DNA of 39,542 nt from a virus (IMGVR_UViG_3300050162_000080:1-39542); one strand, 5' to 3'; positions 6,450 to 16,296 are shown, counted from the first letter of the stretch. The notes: generated from the letters alone by a model not told the origin. Numbers and translations: made by a program.

Positions 6450-8440
6450 CGCTTACATCCCAACATGGTGACTTCCATACCCACAGTGATGTAACCAGTT
6501 TCCCCGGTACAAACCACTTCGTAAGACACAACCCCAGAAGCTGGGGTGTGCTCCACGGTCATCATAGGTAATTCAAAATCAGGGTAAGCAGCCACACCTT
6601 CACTGGCTTGCTTCACTGTCCGTGTTCCGGTGTCATACACAATCTGTCCTGAAGTCGTTCTCAAGTACAGCCTGGACTGTCCACTTTGCGAGTCGTCGAT
6701 GCTGCGGATATAGGCCCGAATAAAAAAGACAGCCTTACCTCCGTAAGTAAAGTCAATACTACCCAGTGAAAAAACCACCCTGTTTCCTGGGTTGCTGTAA
6801 ATCGCCGTGTGCTCGTAAATACCTCGCCTCGGGACAATGACCGCATCTCCTTGAATTTGGAGGGTGCTGATCACATTGGCTTGGGAAATTCCCATGACGC
6901 CATTAACCACTTGAAATCCTGGGGCATATACATCCCCGGAATCTGTCACACGGAAATACTTCCCAGATTCGACAGAGCCAGAATACAGCTCGCCTGCAAA
7001 AAACACATCTCCTGTGGTGGCCAATTGGAATTTGGTTTTTCCGCCCTTTTTACCAATAAGACCATTGCTTCCAAGGTACACCCCATTACTTAAATCGGAC
7101 CCTGCAAACAGACCGTCTTCAACTTGAAGATTGACCCGACCCGCAATAGTCCCCCCCGTTTCTTGCAAAGCCCCTAGAGCTTTGGCAGAAACAGTGGCAG
7201 CATCTTCACCACCAACCAAAGTACCTGCAGGAGCACCATTGGTGGCATCCAAATCACCGGTAAAACCAAGGTTACCTAAATTGGTTTCAGCACCTCCCAG
7301 CTTTGACCAATCAATTGCCGACCCGGCTTTAACGACGATATTCCCTGTGGAATCCCGCAAAGCCAAGCCACGAGAATCAATCTGATTTGCCGTGACAATA
7401 TCTATCACAGCACCTGGCATATATACCCCAGGTTCAATGGTGTAGCCATTCAATACCGTAGGGGTAGTGCGAACCGTGAATGGCACCAGACCGGCTGTAG
7501 GCGTGGTCTGCCACGCTTGGCTGGAACTGTTGTACCAACGGGTGACGTTTGGAGTCACCGAGGTATCTCGCCAGATTTTTCCGTTGAATGGGTTGGTAGG
7601 TGCCGTGGCTGAAACCAAGACAGGAGGTGTCAAGGCAAAACTGTCAGCAGCGATCTGGAATTCACTGTTGGAATCTCCATTGGGATCAACGCTTGCAGCG
7701 AAACCAAGACCAGAGACGTTACCTGCCAGGTCGAGCTTGATGGTCTTTTGAGCAAACAGCTCACCTGTCTCCCTAGCCCGGACTTCAGCCTCTTCCTGAA
7801 TGGCCGCATAAGCTCCGCTGTCAGTGGTTTGGGCCAGCAAGGTGTTCACCTGCTGCACGAAGGATTCCCGTGCACCTGCTTCAATCGTGGCTTGCTCATT
7901 GATGTAGGCCACCGATTCGGTGACCGTATCTCGCACAGCCAACAGCTCTTGAGCAATGGCACCGTTCTCAGTGGCCACCGTCTCAGACAACTGCGTCAAG
8001 CCATGAGCCAAATCATTGATGGCGTCAATGCGTGTACGCAGGCTTTCCGCCAATTGCGATGTGCTGATCTGCTGATTCAAATCAGCCAGCACCTTTTCCA
8101 GCATTGGCTTGGCCGTTGCCATTCCAGGGCCAATGGCATCCAGTACAGTCCCGTTGATCGAGTGATGCTGAATCCAGTAGTAATACGGACGGATCAGTTC
8201 AGCAGCATCACTGTCAAAGAAGTAGTTTCCACCTACATCTTTAAATGGCACTGCCAACGCATAGTTGCTGTCTGTACTGCGATAGATACGGGTAAACGAC
8301 ACAGCAAAACCATTGGTAGTGGGTGTCGTCCATGAAATTTCAATGCCCCCAAATTTGGAGACAACTGAGAGCACAGAGCTATTATCCGGGTCACCGGCTA
8401 CTGGTCCACCCCAGCCACCTACCCCGCAGGTATTAGCCAT
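6446..8440 (-). CDS. Tail fibre / host-specificity protein with a lambda-J (DUF1983)-like segment
   Basis: N-terminal Fn3-like segment, coiled coil, KLDLAGNVSGLGF...FQIAADSFAL, and a Gly-rich beta C-terminus. Start uncertain (8440, 8488 or 8494). Confidence 0.8.
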   Translation of the reverse strand: MANTCGVGGWGGPVAGDPDNSSVLSVVSKFGGIEISWTTPTTNGFAVSFTRIYRSTDSNYALAVPFKDVGGNYFFDSDAAELIRPYYYWIQHHSINGTVLDAIGPGMATAKPMLEKVLADLNQQISTSQLAESLRTRIDAINDLAHGLTQLSETVATENGAIAQELLAVRDTVTESVAYINEQATIEAGARESFVQQVNTLLAQTTDSGAYAAIQEEAEVRARETGELFAQKTIKLDLAGNVSGLGFAASVDPNGDSNSEFQIAADSFALTPPVLVSATAPTNPFNGKIWRDTSVTPNVTRWYNSSSQAWQTTPTAGLVPFTVRTTPTVLNGYTIEPGVYMPGAVIDIVTANQIDSRGLALRDSTGNIVVKAGSAIDWSKLGGAETNLGNLGFTGDLDATNGAPAGTLVGGEDAATVSAKALGALQETGGTIAGRVNLQVEDGLFAGSDLSNGVYLGSNGLIGKKGGKTKFQLATTGDVFFAGELYSGSVESGKYFRVTDSGDVYAPGFQVVNGVMGISQANVISTLQIQGDAVIVPRRGIYEHTAIYSNPGNRVVFSLGSIDFTYGGKAVFFIRAYIRSIDDSQSGQSRLYLRTTSGQIVYDTGTRTVKQASEGVAAYPDFELPMMTVEHTPASGVVSYEVVCTGETGYITVGMEVTMLGCKR

Positions 8441-8502
8441 AACATCAATCCACTTAAAAAGAAAAGGGCTTTGCCCTGTATTCGCCATTATCAAACAAAA
8501 CC

Positions 8503-9159
8503 ATGATTGAAACCTCTTTGATTACGTTTATGGGCAGCGATCTTACTGTGGTCAACAGTGCCCGAGTCAGCTTTCAAAAAGAAAGCATGTTCACGGAAGA
8601 TGGTGAAGTGAACGCCCAGGATAAAAAGCTCATTGCTTACTTAGCCAAGCACAGCCACTTCACCCCATTCACCCATCCTCAGATCACACTACGGGAAACC
8701 GTACCAATTTTTGTAGCACGGCAACGGTTCAAACACGTTGTCGGGTTTACCTACAACGAAGTTAGTCGACGCTACGTTGATGAAACCCCTAGCTTTTTCA
8801 TTCCTACTGAATGGCGTGAACGCCCTGATGGCAGCATCAAACAAGGCAGCGGGGGTAAATCCCACACAAGTGATTATTACCATCTCAAATACATTGCATT
8901 TCTTGAAAAAGCGTCCCAGCTCTACCAAGAAATGCTGAATGATGGTATTGCTCCTGAGCAGGCCCGAATGGTCCTTCCTCAATCCATGCTAACCAGCTAC
9001 TACGTTACAGGCTCTTTGGCAGCATTTGCCAGAGCTTACGTGCAACGCAGTGATTCTCATGCCCAAAGTGAAAGTCAAGATTTGGCTAAACAGTGGGACG
9101 CAATCATTGCTCCCCTGTTTCCAGTGTCGTGGGCTGCACTCACCCAAGGTGTGTACTGA
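8503..9159 (+). CDS. thyX: FAD-dependent thymidylate synthase
   Basis: NSARVSF, HFTPFTH, RQRFKH-x7-VSRRY and EQARMVLPQS motifs. Confidence 0.95.
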   Translation: MIETSLITFMGSDLTVVNSARVSFQKESMFTEDGEVNAQDKKLIAYLAKHSHFTPFTHPQITLRETVPIFVARQRFKHVVGFTYNEVSRRYVDETPSFFIPTEWRERPDGSIKQGSGGKSHTSDYYHLKYIAFLEKASQLYQEMLNDGIAPEQARMVLPQSMLTSYYVTGSLAAFARAYVQRSDSHAQSESQDLAKQWDAIIAPLFPVSWAALTQGVY

Positions 9160-9213
9160 TTCCCTTTTGGAATTACACTGATTCCCCTTCACGGGGGAAT
9201 ACCATTCGCCTAC

Positions 9214-9252
9214 AGCCATGGCTTCTTGATTCCTGGGAAGCCATGGCTTTTT
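9214..9252 (+). terminator. Long hairpin plus T-run upstream of nrdB (terminator, attenuator or operator)
   Basis: AGCCATGGCTTCTTG-ATTCC-TGGGAAGCCATGGCT-TTTT. Each arm contains the palindrome AGCCATGGCT. Confidence 0.55.
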
Positions 9253-9273
9253 CCATACAGGAAGGAGATTGAT

Positions 9274-10293
9274 ATGAGTCAGCAGTACCTGAGTCAGATC
9301 GAAACACCAACAGACTCATACGTTCCCCGGTATCCGTGGGCAGTGGAGATGGCTCGCAAACAGCAAGACATCTTCTGGCCTGCTGAAGAACTGGGCGTTG
9401 AAGAAGACGCACAAGATTTTCGTGTTGGGCTCAACGATGCAGAGAAACACGGTGTTCTGACAGCCCAATCCATCCTCACTCAATATGAGCTGATGATCGG
9501 TGGGGAAGAACTCTGGGGTGGCAAGATTGCCAAGATGTTCCCCAGACCTGAGATTCAACGCTTGTGCGCTTGCATCTCAAACGTCGAACTCAACAGCCAT
9601 GCCCCCTTCTATGCCATTGGCAACGAAGTCTTGGGTGTGGCCACGGACGAGTTCTACTCTCAGTGGCGACAAGATCCCGTCTTGGCAGAACGCATTGCAT
9701 TCATCAATGAATGTACTGCTTCAAGCAACCCACTGAAAGTCACTGCAGCACTCGCCTTCCTGGAAGGTGCAGTTCTGTTTTCAGTCTTTGGTTTCTTCAA
9801 AGGCTTCAACAGTCGTGGCTTCAACCTCATTCCTCATTTTGTATCGGGCATTGACGGTTCAGCCAAAGACGAAAACTACCATTCCCTGGCTTCTGCGGGG
9901 CTTCACAATGTGTGTAAGACCGAACGTAAAGAAGCGGGCAATCACACCAGTGATGCTGAATTTGAACTTGTGTATGCCATTCGCAAAATGGCAGGCAAAG
10001 TCTACGAACATGAATTGCTCATCATCGACAAGCTGTTTGCCGCTCCTGGCAATCGTGTGGTGAACAAGGCTGAACTGATTGACTTCCTTCAAGACCGCAT
10101 CAACGTGGTCCTGGAACGTCTGGGACTTCCTCCCATGTTTGAAAAAACCAAGAGCGAAATCAGCACCTGGTTCTATCAACAACTCAGCACGGTCAAAGTG
10201 CCTGACTTCTTTGCCACCACCCAACTGCAATACACACGCAATTGGGCAAAGCACAAACTTGTTTTCCGAAAGGACAAAGTGTATGGGGTTTGA
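9274..10293 (+). CDS. nrdB: Ribonucleotide reductase class I beta subunit
   Basis: FWPAEE, metal ligands YE / ExxxH / LEG / DENYH, radical Tyr (HAPFY), C-terminal DFF...Y. AAGGAG RBS before ATG 9274. Confidence 0.93.
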   Translation: MSQQYLSQIETPTDSYVPRYPWAVEMARKQQDIFWPAEELGVEEDAQDFRVGLNDAEKHGVLTAQSILTQYELMIGGEELWGGKIAKMFPRPEIQRLCACISNVELNSHAPFYAIGNEVLGVATDEFYSQWRQDPVLAERIAFINECTASSNPLKVTAALAFLEGAVLFSVFGFFKGFNSRGFNLIPHFVSGIDGSAKDENYHSLASAGLHNVCKTERKEAGNHTSDAEFELVYAIRKMAGKVYEHELLIIDKLFAAPGNRVVNKAELIDFLQDRINVVLERLGLPPMFEKTKSEISTWFYQQLSTVKVPDFFATTQLQYTRNWAKHKLVFRKDKVYGV

Positions 10294-12010
10294 AATCACA
10301 GGTGGCGAAGAAGCCACCATCAAAATGTTTGAAAACCTCAGTGCAGAACGCAAGCAGTTGCAGGCTCTAGGCCATCTTCCGCACTGGTACACCACCCAAG
10401 GGTGGCAAGCCTTCAAAGCCAAGTACGCAGTGCCTGGTGAAGATGCCCTGCTGGGCCGACATCGTGTGATTGCCAAGACCCTGGCACGTCACATGAAAGG
10501 CCGTGAAGCTGAGTGGGAAGCCAAGTTCTTCAATGAACTGTGGGACGGCATCCTGTCTCCTGCATCCCCTGCCCTGGCCAACACAGGCACCACACGAGGC
10601 ATGATGGTTTCGTGCTCCGGTCAGGTGATCGGTGACAACGTGGATGACTTCTACACGTCTTTGCGTGAAACCGCACTCCTGTCCAAGCACGCCTTTGGTA
10701 CCTCTGCTGACTTCAGTGCCATCCGGCCACGGGGCAGCAAGTTCAATGGCAACGGCAAAGCCAACGGTGCAGTGGAAGTCATCGAAGACTTCTTTACCTG
10801 TGCTGCCAAGATCAGCCAAGGTGGTAACCGTCGAGGCTCGATTGGTGCCTATCTGGACATTGAGCATCCTGATTGGGATGAGGCTGCAGATGGTCTGCTG
10901 GCTTCGTCAAACGGCAAAAACTACGGCTGGATCGTCCGAGACAGCTTTGTGGAAGCCCTGGTCAAAGGTGAGCCTGAAGCAGAACGCAAGTTCCAAAAAG
11001 CTCTGTACATCAAGCTGGTGACCGGCAAGGGTTACTGGTTCTTTGTGGACAAGGCCAACCGCCACCGTCCTCAGATGTACAAAGACCTTGGCTTGGACAT
11101 CAAGGCCAGCAACCTGTGCACCGAAATCATGCTGCACAGCAGCGAGGAATACACCTACTCCTGCATCCTGTCTTCGTTGAACCTCGTTCACTGGGACAAG
11201 ATCAAGAACAGTGATTCGGCATTCATTGCTGCAGTGTTCCTGGATTGTCTGTGCTCCGAGTTCATCGAAACCTCCAAAGGTGTCACTGGCTTGGAAAAGG
11301 TCCGCACCTTCACTGAGAAGGGTCGTGCAGTGGGCCTGGGCATCATGGGTTTCCACACCTATTTGCAAGGCAAAGACATTCCTTACGTGGGCCTAGAAGC
11401 TCAGTTCCTGTCCATGGAGATTGCCGAACACCTGGCCAAAGAAAGCCTGCGTGCTTCTCAATGGCTGGCTCAGGAATATGGTGAGCCAGAATGGTGCAAA
11501 GGCTATGGTGTACGTAACACTCACCGCACTGCTTACGCACCAACCAAAACCACATCCCTGCTTATGGGGGGTGTGAGTGAGTCTTGGTTCCCCGATCCTG
11601 GCATGGTCTATGACGCTGGCTCTACTGTTGGTGAACTGCGTCGGATCACTCCGGTGATCTACGAAACCATGAAAGCCAAAGGTGTTTACAACGAAGACAC
11701 CATCACCGATCTGATCAACCACCTGGGCTCTGTTCAGCATGTGGATTGGCTGACTGATGAAGAGAAGTTGGTGTTTCTCAACGCCTTTGAAATGGATCAA
11801 CGAATCCTGCTTCGTCATCACGTTCAACGCCAACGGCACACCTGTCAAGGCCAAAGCCTGAACTTTTACGTGTCAGAAGAAGGCAGTGAAGACCTCATTG
11901 CCGAACTCATGACACTGGTGTTCACGCATCCTGACTGCCTCAGCCAGTATTACATCTACTCCCGTAGCGGAGTGGTGGTCAAGGACGAGTGCATTGCCTG
12001 TTCGGCATAA
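10283..12010 (+). CDS. nrdA: Ribonucleotide reductase class I alpha subunit, no ATP cone
   Basis: SPASP, VSC, SNLCTEI, APTKTTS, YYIY and C-terminal CIAC. Start at 10283 or 10325. Confidence 0.95.
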   Translation: MGFEITGGEEATIKMFENLSAERKQLQALGHLPHWYTTQGWQAFKAKYAVPGEDALLGRHRVIAKTLARHMKGREAEWEAKFFNELWDGILSPASPALANTGTTRGMMVSCSGQVIGDNVDDFYTSLRETALLSKHAFGTSADFSAIRPRGSKFNGNGKANGAVEVIEDFFTCAAKISQGGNRRGSIGAYLDIEHPDWDEAADGLLASSNGKNYGWIVRDSFVEALVKGEPEAERKFQKALYIKLVTGKGYWFFVDKANRHRPQMYKDLGLDIKASNLCTEIMLHSSEEYTYSCILSSLNLVHWDKIKNSDSAFIAAVFLDCLCSEFIETSKGVTGLEKVRTFTEKGRAVGLGIMGFHTYLQGKDIPYVGLEAQFLSMEIAEHLAKESLRASQWLAQEYGEPEWCKGYGVRNTHRTAYAPTKTTSLLMGGVSESWFPDPGMVYDAGSTVGELRRITPVIYETMKAKGVYNEDTITDLINHLGSVQHVDWLTDEEKLVFLNAFEMDQRILLRHHVQRQRHTCQGQSLNFYVSEEGSEDLIAELMTLVFTHPDCLSQYYIYSRSGVVVKDECIACSA

Positions 12011-12029
12011 GCAACCCCACCAACTCCAT

Positions 12030-12053
12030 AGGCTCCCTCCGGGGAGCCTTTTT
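12030..12053 (+). terminator. Rho-independent terminator after nrdA
   Basis: AGGCTCCC-TCCG-GGGAGCCT-TTTT. Confidence 0.8.
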
Positions 12054-12070
12054 GATTCCTGAAAGAAAGT

Positions 12071-12286
12071 ATGTCTACAGCAAACTCCCGCCAGCCTGGT
12101 GGTGACCACTACATGAAAAAAGCCATTCAGCCTTGGGACTTTATCAGTTCCAACGACATTGGTTTTCTTGAAGGCAACGTAATCAAATATGTGAGTCGAT
12201 GGAAAGACAAAGGAGGAGTACAAGACCTTGAAAAAGCCAAGCACTACTTAGAAAAACTCATTGAGGTTAACAAAACACCATCATGA
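12071..12286 (+). CDS. DUF3310 family protein (T7 gp1.7-like nucleotide kinase family)
   Basis: GGDHY...IQPWD...GNVIKYVSRW..K.G.QDLEKAKHYL. Confidence 0.85.
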   Translation: MSTANSRQPGGDHYMKKAIQPWDFISSNDIGFLEGNVIKYVSRWKDKGGVQDLEKAKHYLEKLIEVNKTPS

Positions 12287-12432
12287 AATATGAGGCAATT
12301 CAACTAAGGCAATCTGTTTGTGTCCGTCCAGTAGGTTGCCTTGGCACCTGTGGATGGATTGATGGTGTGCCATGGCAAGCAAAGTTTTTTGGTTCCATGT
12401 TCAAAGCAAACCAATGGATTAAGCGGCAATAG
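12283..12432 (+). CDS. Small hypothetical protein, 49 aa
   Basis: Hand-translated MKYEAIQLRQSVCVRPVGCLGTCGWIDGVPWQAKFFGSMFKANQWIKRQ. ATGA overlap with the DUF3310 stop. Confidence 0.55.
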   Translation: MKYEAIQLRQSVCVRPVGCLGTCGWIDGVPWQAKFFGSMFKANQWIKRQ

Positions 12433-12434
12433 TC

Positions 12435-12614
12435 ATGGCATACAGCAGCAACACCCAAGCCGTTGCAACTCGGTATGAAGTAAGACGGCTGCCCTGCCCT
12501 CAATGTGGTGTATTGCAATTTAAGAAATGCAAAGGCACCCGTGTTCAAAATAGATCAGCAAGCCACCGAGCCAGATGGAATGCTTACCGAGAAGCTCGGT
12601 TTGCTATAGTTTGA
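12435..12614 (+). CDS. Small zinc-finger protein (CPxC-x7-C-x11-H), 59 aa
   Basis: Hand-translated MAYSS...LPCPQCGVLQFKKCKGTRVQNRSASHRARW. Starts 2 nt after the previous stop. Confidence 0.6.
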   Translation: MAYSSNTQAVATRYEVRRLPCPQCGVLQFKKCKGTRVQNRSASHRARWNAYREARFAIV

Positions 12615-12662
12615 TTTGGTTCATGCGCCTCCTGCGCTCGGTGGACTTAACAGGCGAGTGCC

Positions 12663-13658
12663 ATGAATCAACCTCAATACACCAACACATCTTCCGTTCC
12701 TCTGTCCATGGCAGTGTTCCTGGCCACGGACCATTACGATCACATCGACGAACCGAACTACATTTCGGCCACTTCACTGATCAAACCTGTTCGCCAACTG
12801 GTTTTGGCAAGCCGTGTTCCACCCACCACACAGGCGATTGATCTACGTGACATGACTGCATCCCGCATGGGTACAGCATTGCACGATGGAATCGAGCGTG
12901 CATGGAAGACCAATTACCAAAATGCAATGCGTCTACTGGGCTATCCCAAAGGCGTCATTGACAAGGTGAGAATCAATCCCACCAAAGAAGAAATGTTCGA
13001 TGGGATCATTCCCATCTACATGGAACAACGTGCCTTCAAAAAAGTAGGCAAGTACACCATCGGTGGCAAGTACGACTTCATTGGTGATGGTCGACTGGAA
13101 GACTTCAAAAGCACTTCCGTCTACACCTACATCCACCAAACCAACAACGAAAAGTATTCCTGGCAAGGGAGCATTTATCGTTGGCTGAATCCTGACTTGG
13201 TGACTCGTGATCGCATGGCGATTCAGTTCATCTTTACAGACTGGTCCGGTGCAAAGGCTCGACAAGACCCCGCCTACCCACCTACTCGTACCTTGGAGCA
13301 ACTGTTTGACCTCAAGAGCATTCCTGAAACCGATGCCTTTGTGCGTCGAAAACTCAATCAGCTTGACCAGTATTGGGATGCACCCGAAGACCAAATCCCT
13401 GAGTGCACTTCCGAAGACCTTTGGCGTTCTGAGCCGGTATTCAAATACTACAAGAACCCTGAGAAGCTGAGTCGCAGCACCAAGAACTTTGACAACAAAC
13501 AAGACGCCTACATCCGACTTGCAGAAGACGGAGGCAAAGGCGTCGTCATCGAGAAGCCAGGCGAAGTCACTGCCTGCAAATACTGCTCTGCATTCTCGGT
13601 GTGCACACAAAAGGATCGACTGATCGCTGCTGGCGATCTGCTCATCACCACTTCTTGA
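12663..13658 (+). CDS. PD-(D/E)XK exonuclease, N4 gp42-like
   Basis: SATSL, GTALH, GKYD-x8-DFKST, and C-terminal CKYC...C cysteines. Position before the primase matches N4. Confidence 0.85.
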   Translation: MNQPQYTNTSSVPLSMAVFLATDHYDHIDEPNYISATSLIKPVRQLVLASRVPPTTQAIDLRDMTASRMGTALHDGIERAWKTNYQNAMRLLGYPKGVIDKVRINPTKEEMFDGIIPIYMEQRAFKKVGKYTIGGKYDFIGDGRLEDFKSTSVYTYIHQTNNEKYSWQGSIYRWLNPDLVTRDRMAIQFIFTDWSGAKARQDPAYPPTRTLEQLFDLKSIPETDAFVRRKLNQLDQYWDAPEDQIPECTSEDLWRSEPVFKYYKNPEKLSRSTKNFDNKQDAYIRLAEDGGKGVVIEKPGEVTACKYCSAFSVCTQKDRLIAAGDLLITTS

Positions 13659-13666
13659 GGCCATGA

Positions 13667-15805
13667 ATGAAACCCCTTGATCAGATTGCCCACAACCCGA
13701 AAGCAGAAAAGCTGGTATCCATCCTGCAAAACAAAACCAGGATGAACCCACTTTTCCTTCGTGTGTTGACGGGCTACTACTTTGCTCAGGTGGCTTCGCA
13801 AATGCGCGCCACCATCAACACCCATGACCGGGGAGACATCCCCATCAGCATGTATGCCCTGAACCTGAGCCCATCGGGTACAGGCAAAGGTGTCTCCACA
13901 GGTTTCATGGAAAACCATGTGCTGAACCTGTTTCGTGAACGCTTTGTGAACGAAACCTTCCCCAAGCTGGCAGAGATGAACTTGCCCAAGCTGGCCAACA
14001 AACGGGCTGTCCGCAAAGGCACTGACCCGGATGATGAGCTGGTGCGTGTGCAAAAGGAGTTTGATAGCCTGGGGCAGTTTGCATTCAGCTTTGACAGTGG
14101 TACACCTGCTGCCGTCAAGCAGATGCGTCACATGCTGCTCATGGCCGAAGCAGGCTCTGTGAACCTGCAGATCGACGAAATCGGTGCAAACCTGGTTGGC
14201 AACCTGGAAGTGCTTGGCACCTTCCTTGAGTTGTACGACCAGGGCATGATCAAGCAGAAGCTCACCAAGAACACTTCTGAGAACACCCGTTCAGAAGAAA
14301 TCATTGGCAAGACTCCCACCAACATGCTGCTCTTCGGAGCACCTTCCAAGCTGCTCAACGGTGGCAAGACAGAGGAAGAGATGTACGCCATGTTGGAGAC
14401 GGGCTACGCACGTCGATGCTTCTTTGGCTACAACAAGGCAGCCAACCGTCCTAAAAACCTCACGCCTGAAGACGTGTACAACATGATGGTCAATCAGCAA
14501 GATTTGGCCTACGTGAACCAGATTGCAGAAGAACTGGAAGAGCTGGCTGACATTGCCAATGTCAACCGACGCATCTCCATCAGCAAGAGCACCACGCTGC
14601 TGCTGATCGAGTACCGCCTGAAGTGTGAAGACGCTGCAGACGAACTGCGTGAGCACGACGAAATCAAGAAGGCTGAACTCAGTCACCGCTACTTCAAAGC
14701 CTTGAAGCTGGCAGGTGCCTATGCCTTTGTTGAAAAGTCACCTGAGCTGACGGAAGACCATCTGTACCAGGCCATCAAACTGGCCGAGGAATCGGGTGAA
14801 GCCTTCCATCAACTGCTGACCCGTGATCGCAACTACGTCAAGCTGGCCAAGTACATTGCCAATTGCAAGCAAGACGTGACCCAAGCCGACATGGTGGAAG
14901 ACCTCCCCTTCTACCGTGGTGCATCAGGCCAAAAGCAAGAGATGCTCTCTCTTGCCATTGCCTACGGCTACAAGAACAACATCATCATCAAGAAGTCGTT
15001 CAGCGACGGTATCGAGTTCCTGCGAGGTGAAACCCTCCAAGAAACCGACTTGAGCAAGATGGTGGTAGCCCACAGCACCGATCTGGCTTATGGGTACCAC
15101 AACGAAGTCGCCCCCTTTGACAAGCTTCACAAGCTGACTCAAGCCCCCGGACTGCACTGGATCAACCACCACACTGTCGACGGTCATCGACAAGAAGAAA
15201 GCTGCAAAGCTGGCTTCAACCTTGTGGTGTTGGACATTGATGGTGGAACCAAACTCAATACTGTGAGAACTCTTCTGAGCAATTACAAGTACCTGATTTA
15301 CACCACCAAGAGACACACAGAAGAAGAACACCGTTTCCGGGTCATCTTGCCCATCAACTACACACTGGCACTCGATGCCCGTGACTATAAAGAGTTCATG
15401 TCGAACCTTTATGAGTGGTTGCCTTTCAAGCTCGACGATCAAACCAATCAACGTGCACGCAAGTGGCTGTCTCACGATGGTCACTTTGAGTACAACGATG
15501 GCGAGTTGCTCGATGCCCTACCCTTCATTCCCAAAACCAGTAAGAACGAAGAGCGAAAGGAACGCCTGCAAACCCAGCAGGCAATGGACAACCTGGAACG
15601 CTGGGTGATCAACAACATCGGAGACGGCAATCGCAACAACATGCTGCTGCGTTACGCCATGATCTTGCTTGACGCAAACTTTGGTTTCGAGGATATTCGA
15701 TCCCGAGTGGTACAACTCAACAACAAGATCGCCGACAAGTTGGATGAAGCAGAGATCATGGGAACCGTCATGGTCACTGTCGGAAAAGCCCTGGCGACAA
15801 GGTAA
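13667..15805 (+). CDS. DNA primase / replication protein, N4 gp43-like
   Basis: Walker A (SPSGTGKG), IDEIG, AEP-like LDIDG...YTTKRH...RFRVILP, and a PriCT-like GNRNN tail. Confidence 0.88.
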   Translation: MKPLDQIAHNPKAEKLVSILQNKTRMNPLFLRVLTGYYFAQVASQMRATINTHDRGDIPISMYALNLSPSGTGKGVSTGFMENHVLNLFRERFVNETFPKLAEMNLPKLANKRAVRKGTDPDDELVRVQKEFDSLGQFAFSFDSGTPAAVKQMRHMLLMAEAGSVNLQIDEIGANLVGNLEVLGTFLELYDQGMIKQKLTKNTSENTRSEEIIGKTPTNMLLFGAPSKLLNGGKTEEEMYAMLETGYARRCFFGYNKAANRPKNLTPEDVYNMMVNQQDLAYVNQIAEELEELADIANVNRRISISKSTTLLLIEYRLKCEDAADELREHDEIKKAELSHRYFKALKLAGAYAFVEKSPELTEDHLYQAIKLAEESGEAFHQLLTRDRNYVKLAKYIANCKQDVTQADMVEDLPFYRGASGQKQEMLSLAIAYGYKNNIIIKKSFSDGIEFLRGETLQETDLSKMVVAHSTDLAYGYHNEVAPFDKLHKLTQAPGLHWINHHTVDGHRQEESCKAGFNLVVLDIDGGTKLNTVRTLLSNYKYLIYTTKRHTEEEHRFRVILPINYTLALDARDYKEFMSNLYEWLPFKLDDQTNQRARKWLSHDGHFEYNDGELLDALPFIPKTSKNEERKERLQTQQAMDNLERWVINNIGDGNRNNMLLRYAMILLDANFGFEDIRSRVVQLNNKIADKLDEAEIMGTVMVTVGKALATR

Positions 15806-15849
15806 GCAAAGCCGGGCCTGACCAGCCCGCATCGACCGGGAGTATCAAA

Positions 15850-16296
15850 GTGACGACGTGTGTGCACATGTACACCGAACACCGTGTGAACGGTGAGTGG
15901 GTGGCAACCTCTAAAGACACCTTCAATGAAGAAAAGCCCAACCGTTTCGGCTGGGTCAACGCAACCATGCGCAAGGTGGATTGTCCAGAGAACTACCAGA
16001 TATATGGCCTGTTACATGATGGGGTCAGAACATCCTGGCCCTGGGCATTCAAACCAAGAGGAGTGCCCATGGACGTGAGTGAAGAAGTTCGCTCTGTCTG
16101 TGATTCTTTTGGATTTGAGGGTTATGGCCACAGCCACATCACACTCAAACACTTGGTTGAAAAGTACCTGGAACTTCTGGTTGCAGGGCCTGATGCCAAG
16201 ATACTACTCCCCTACCTGCGTGAACTGATCGAGTCAGTTCCTCGTGCGGTAGAGAACCACCACGACGTTCGTGTTGTGTTCTGGTTCGATAGTTAA
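15850..16296 (+). CDS. Hypothetical phage protein
   Basis: GGGAG RBS and GTG start. Pattern VR...PRGVP.D.S...HSH...RVVFWFD. Confidence 0.75.
   Translation: MTTCVHMYTEHRVNGEWVATSKDTFNEEKPNRFGWVNATMRKVDCPENYQIYGLLHDGVRTSWPWAFKPRGVPMDVSEEVRSVCDSFGFEGYGHSHITLKHLVEKYLELLVAGPDAKILLPYLRELIESVPRAVENHHDVRVVFWFDS

Noticed and set aside
10079-10293. Possible nrdB-nrdA frameshift fusion, suggested by the long frame overlap
   Set aside because: Both genes have normal termini, nrdA has ATGs at 10283 and 10325, and no slippery site with a downstream structure was seen.
12663-13658. Cas4-like nuclease as a sign of a CRISPR system
   Set aside because: No repeat-spacer array or other cas genes are in the window. 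The position fits the core N4-like exonuclease.
15800-15849. GGGC-CTGACCA-GCCC hairpin resembling a hammerhead core or IscB omega-RNA start
   Set aside because: It lacks the CUGANGA/GAAA core, is too short, and has no IscB or TnpB gene nearby.
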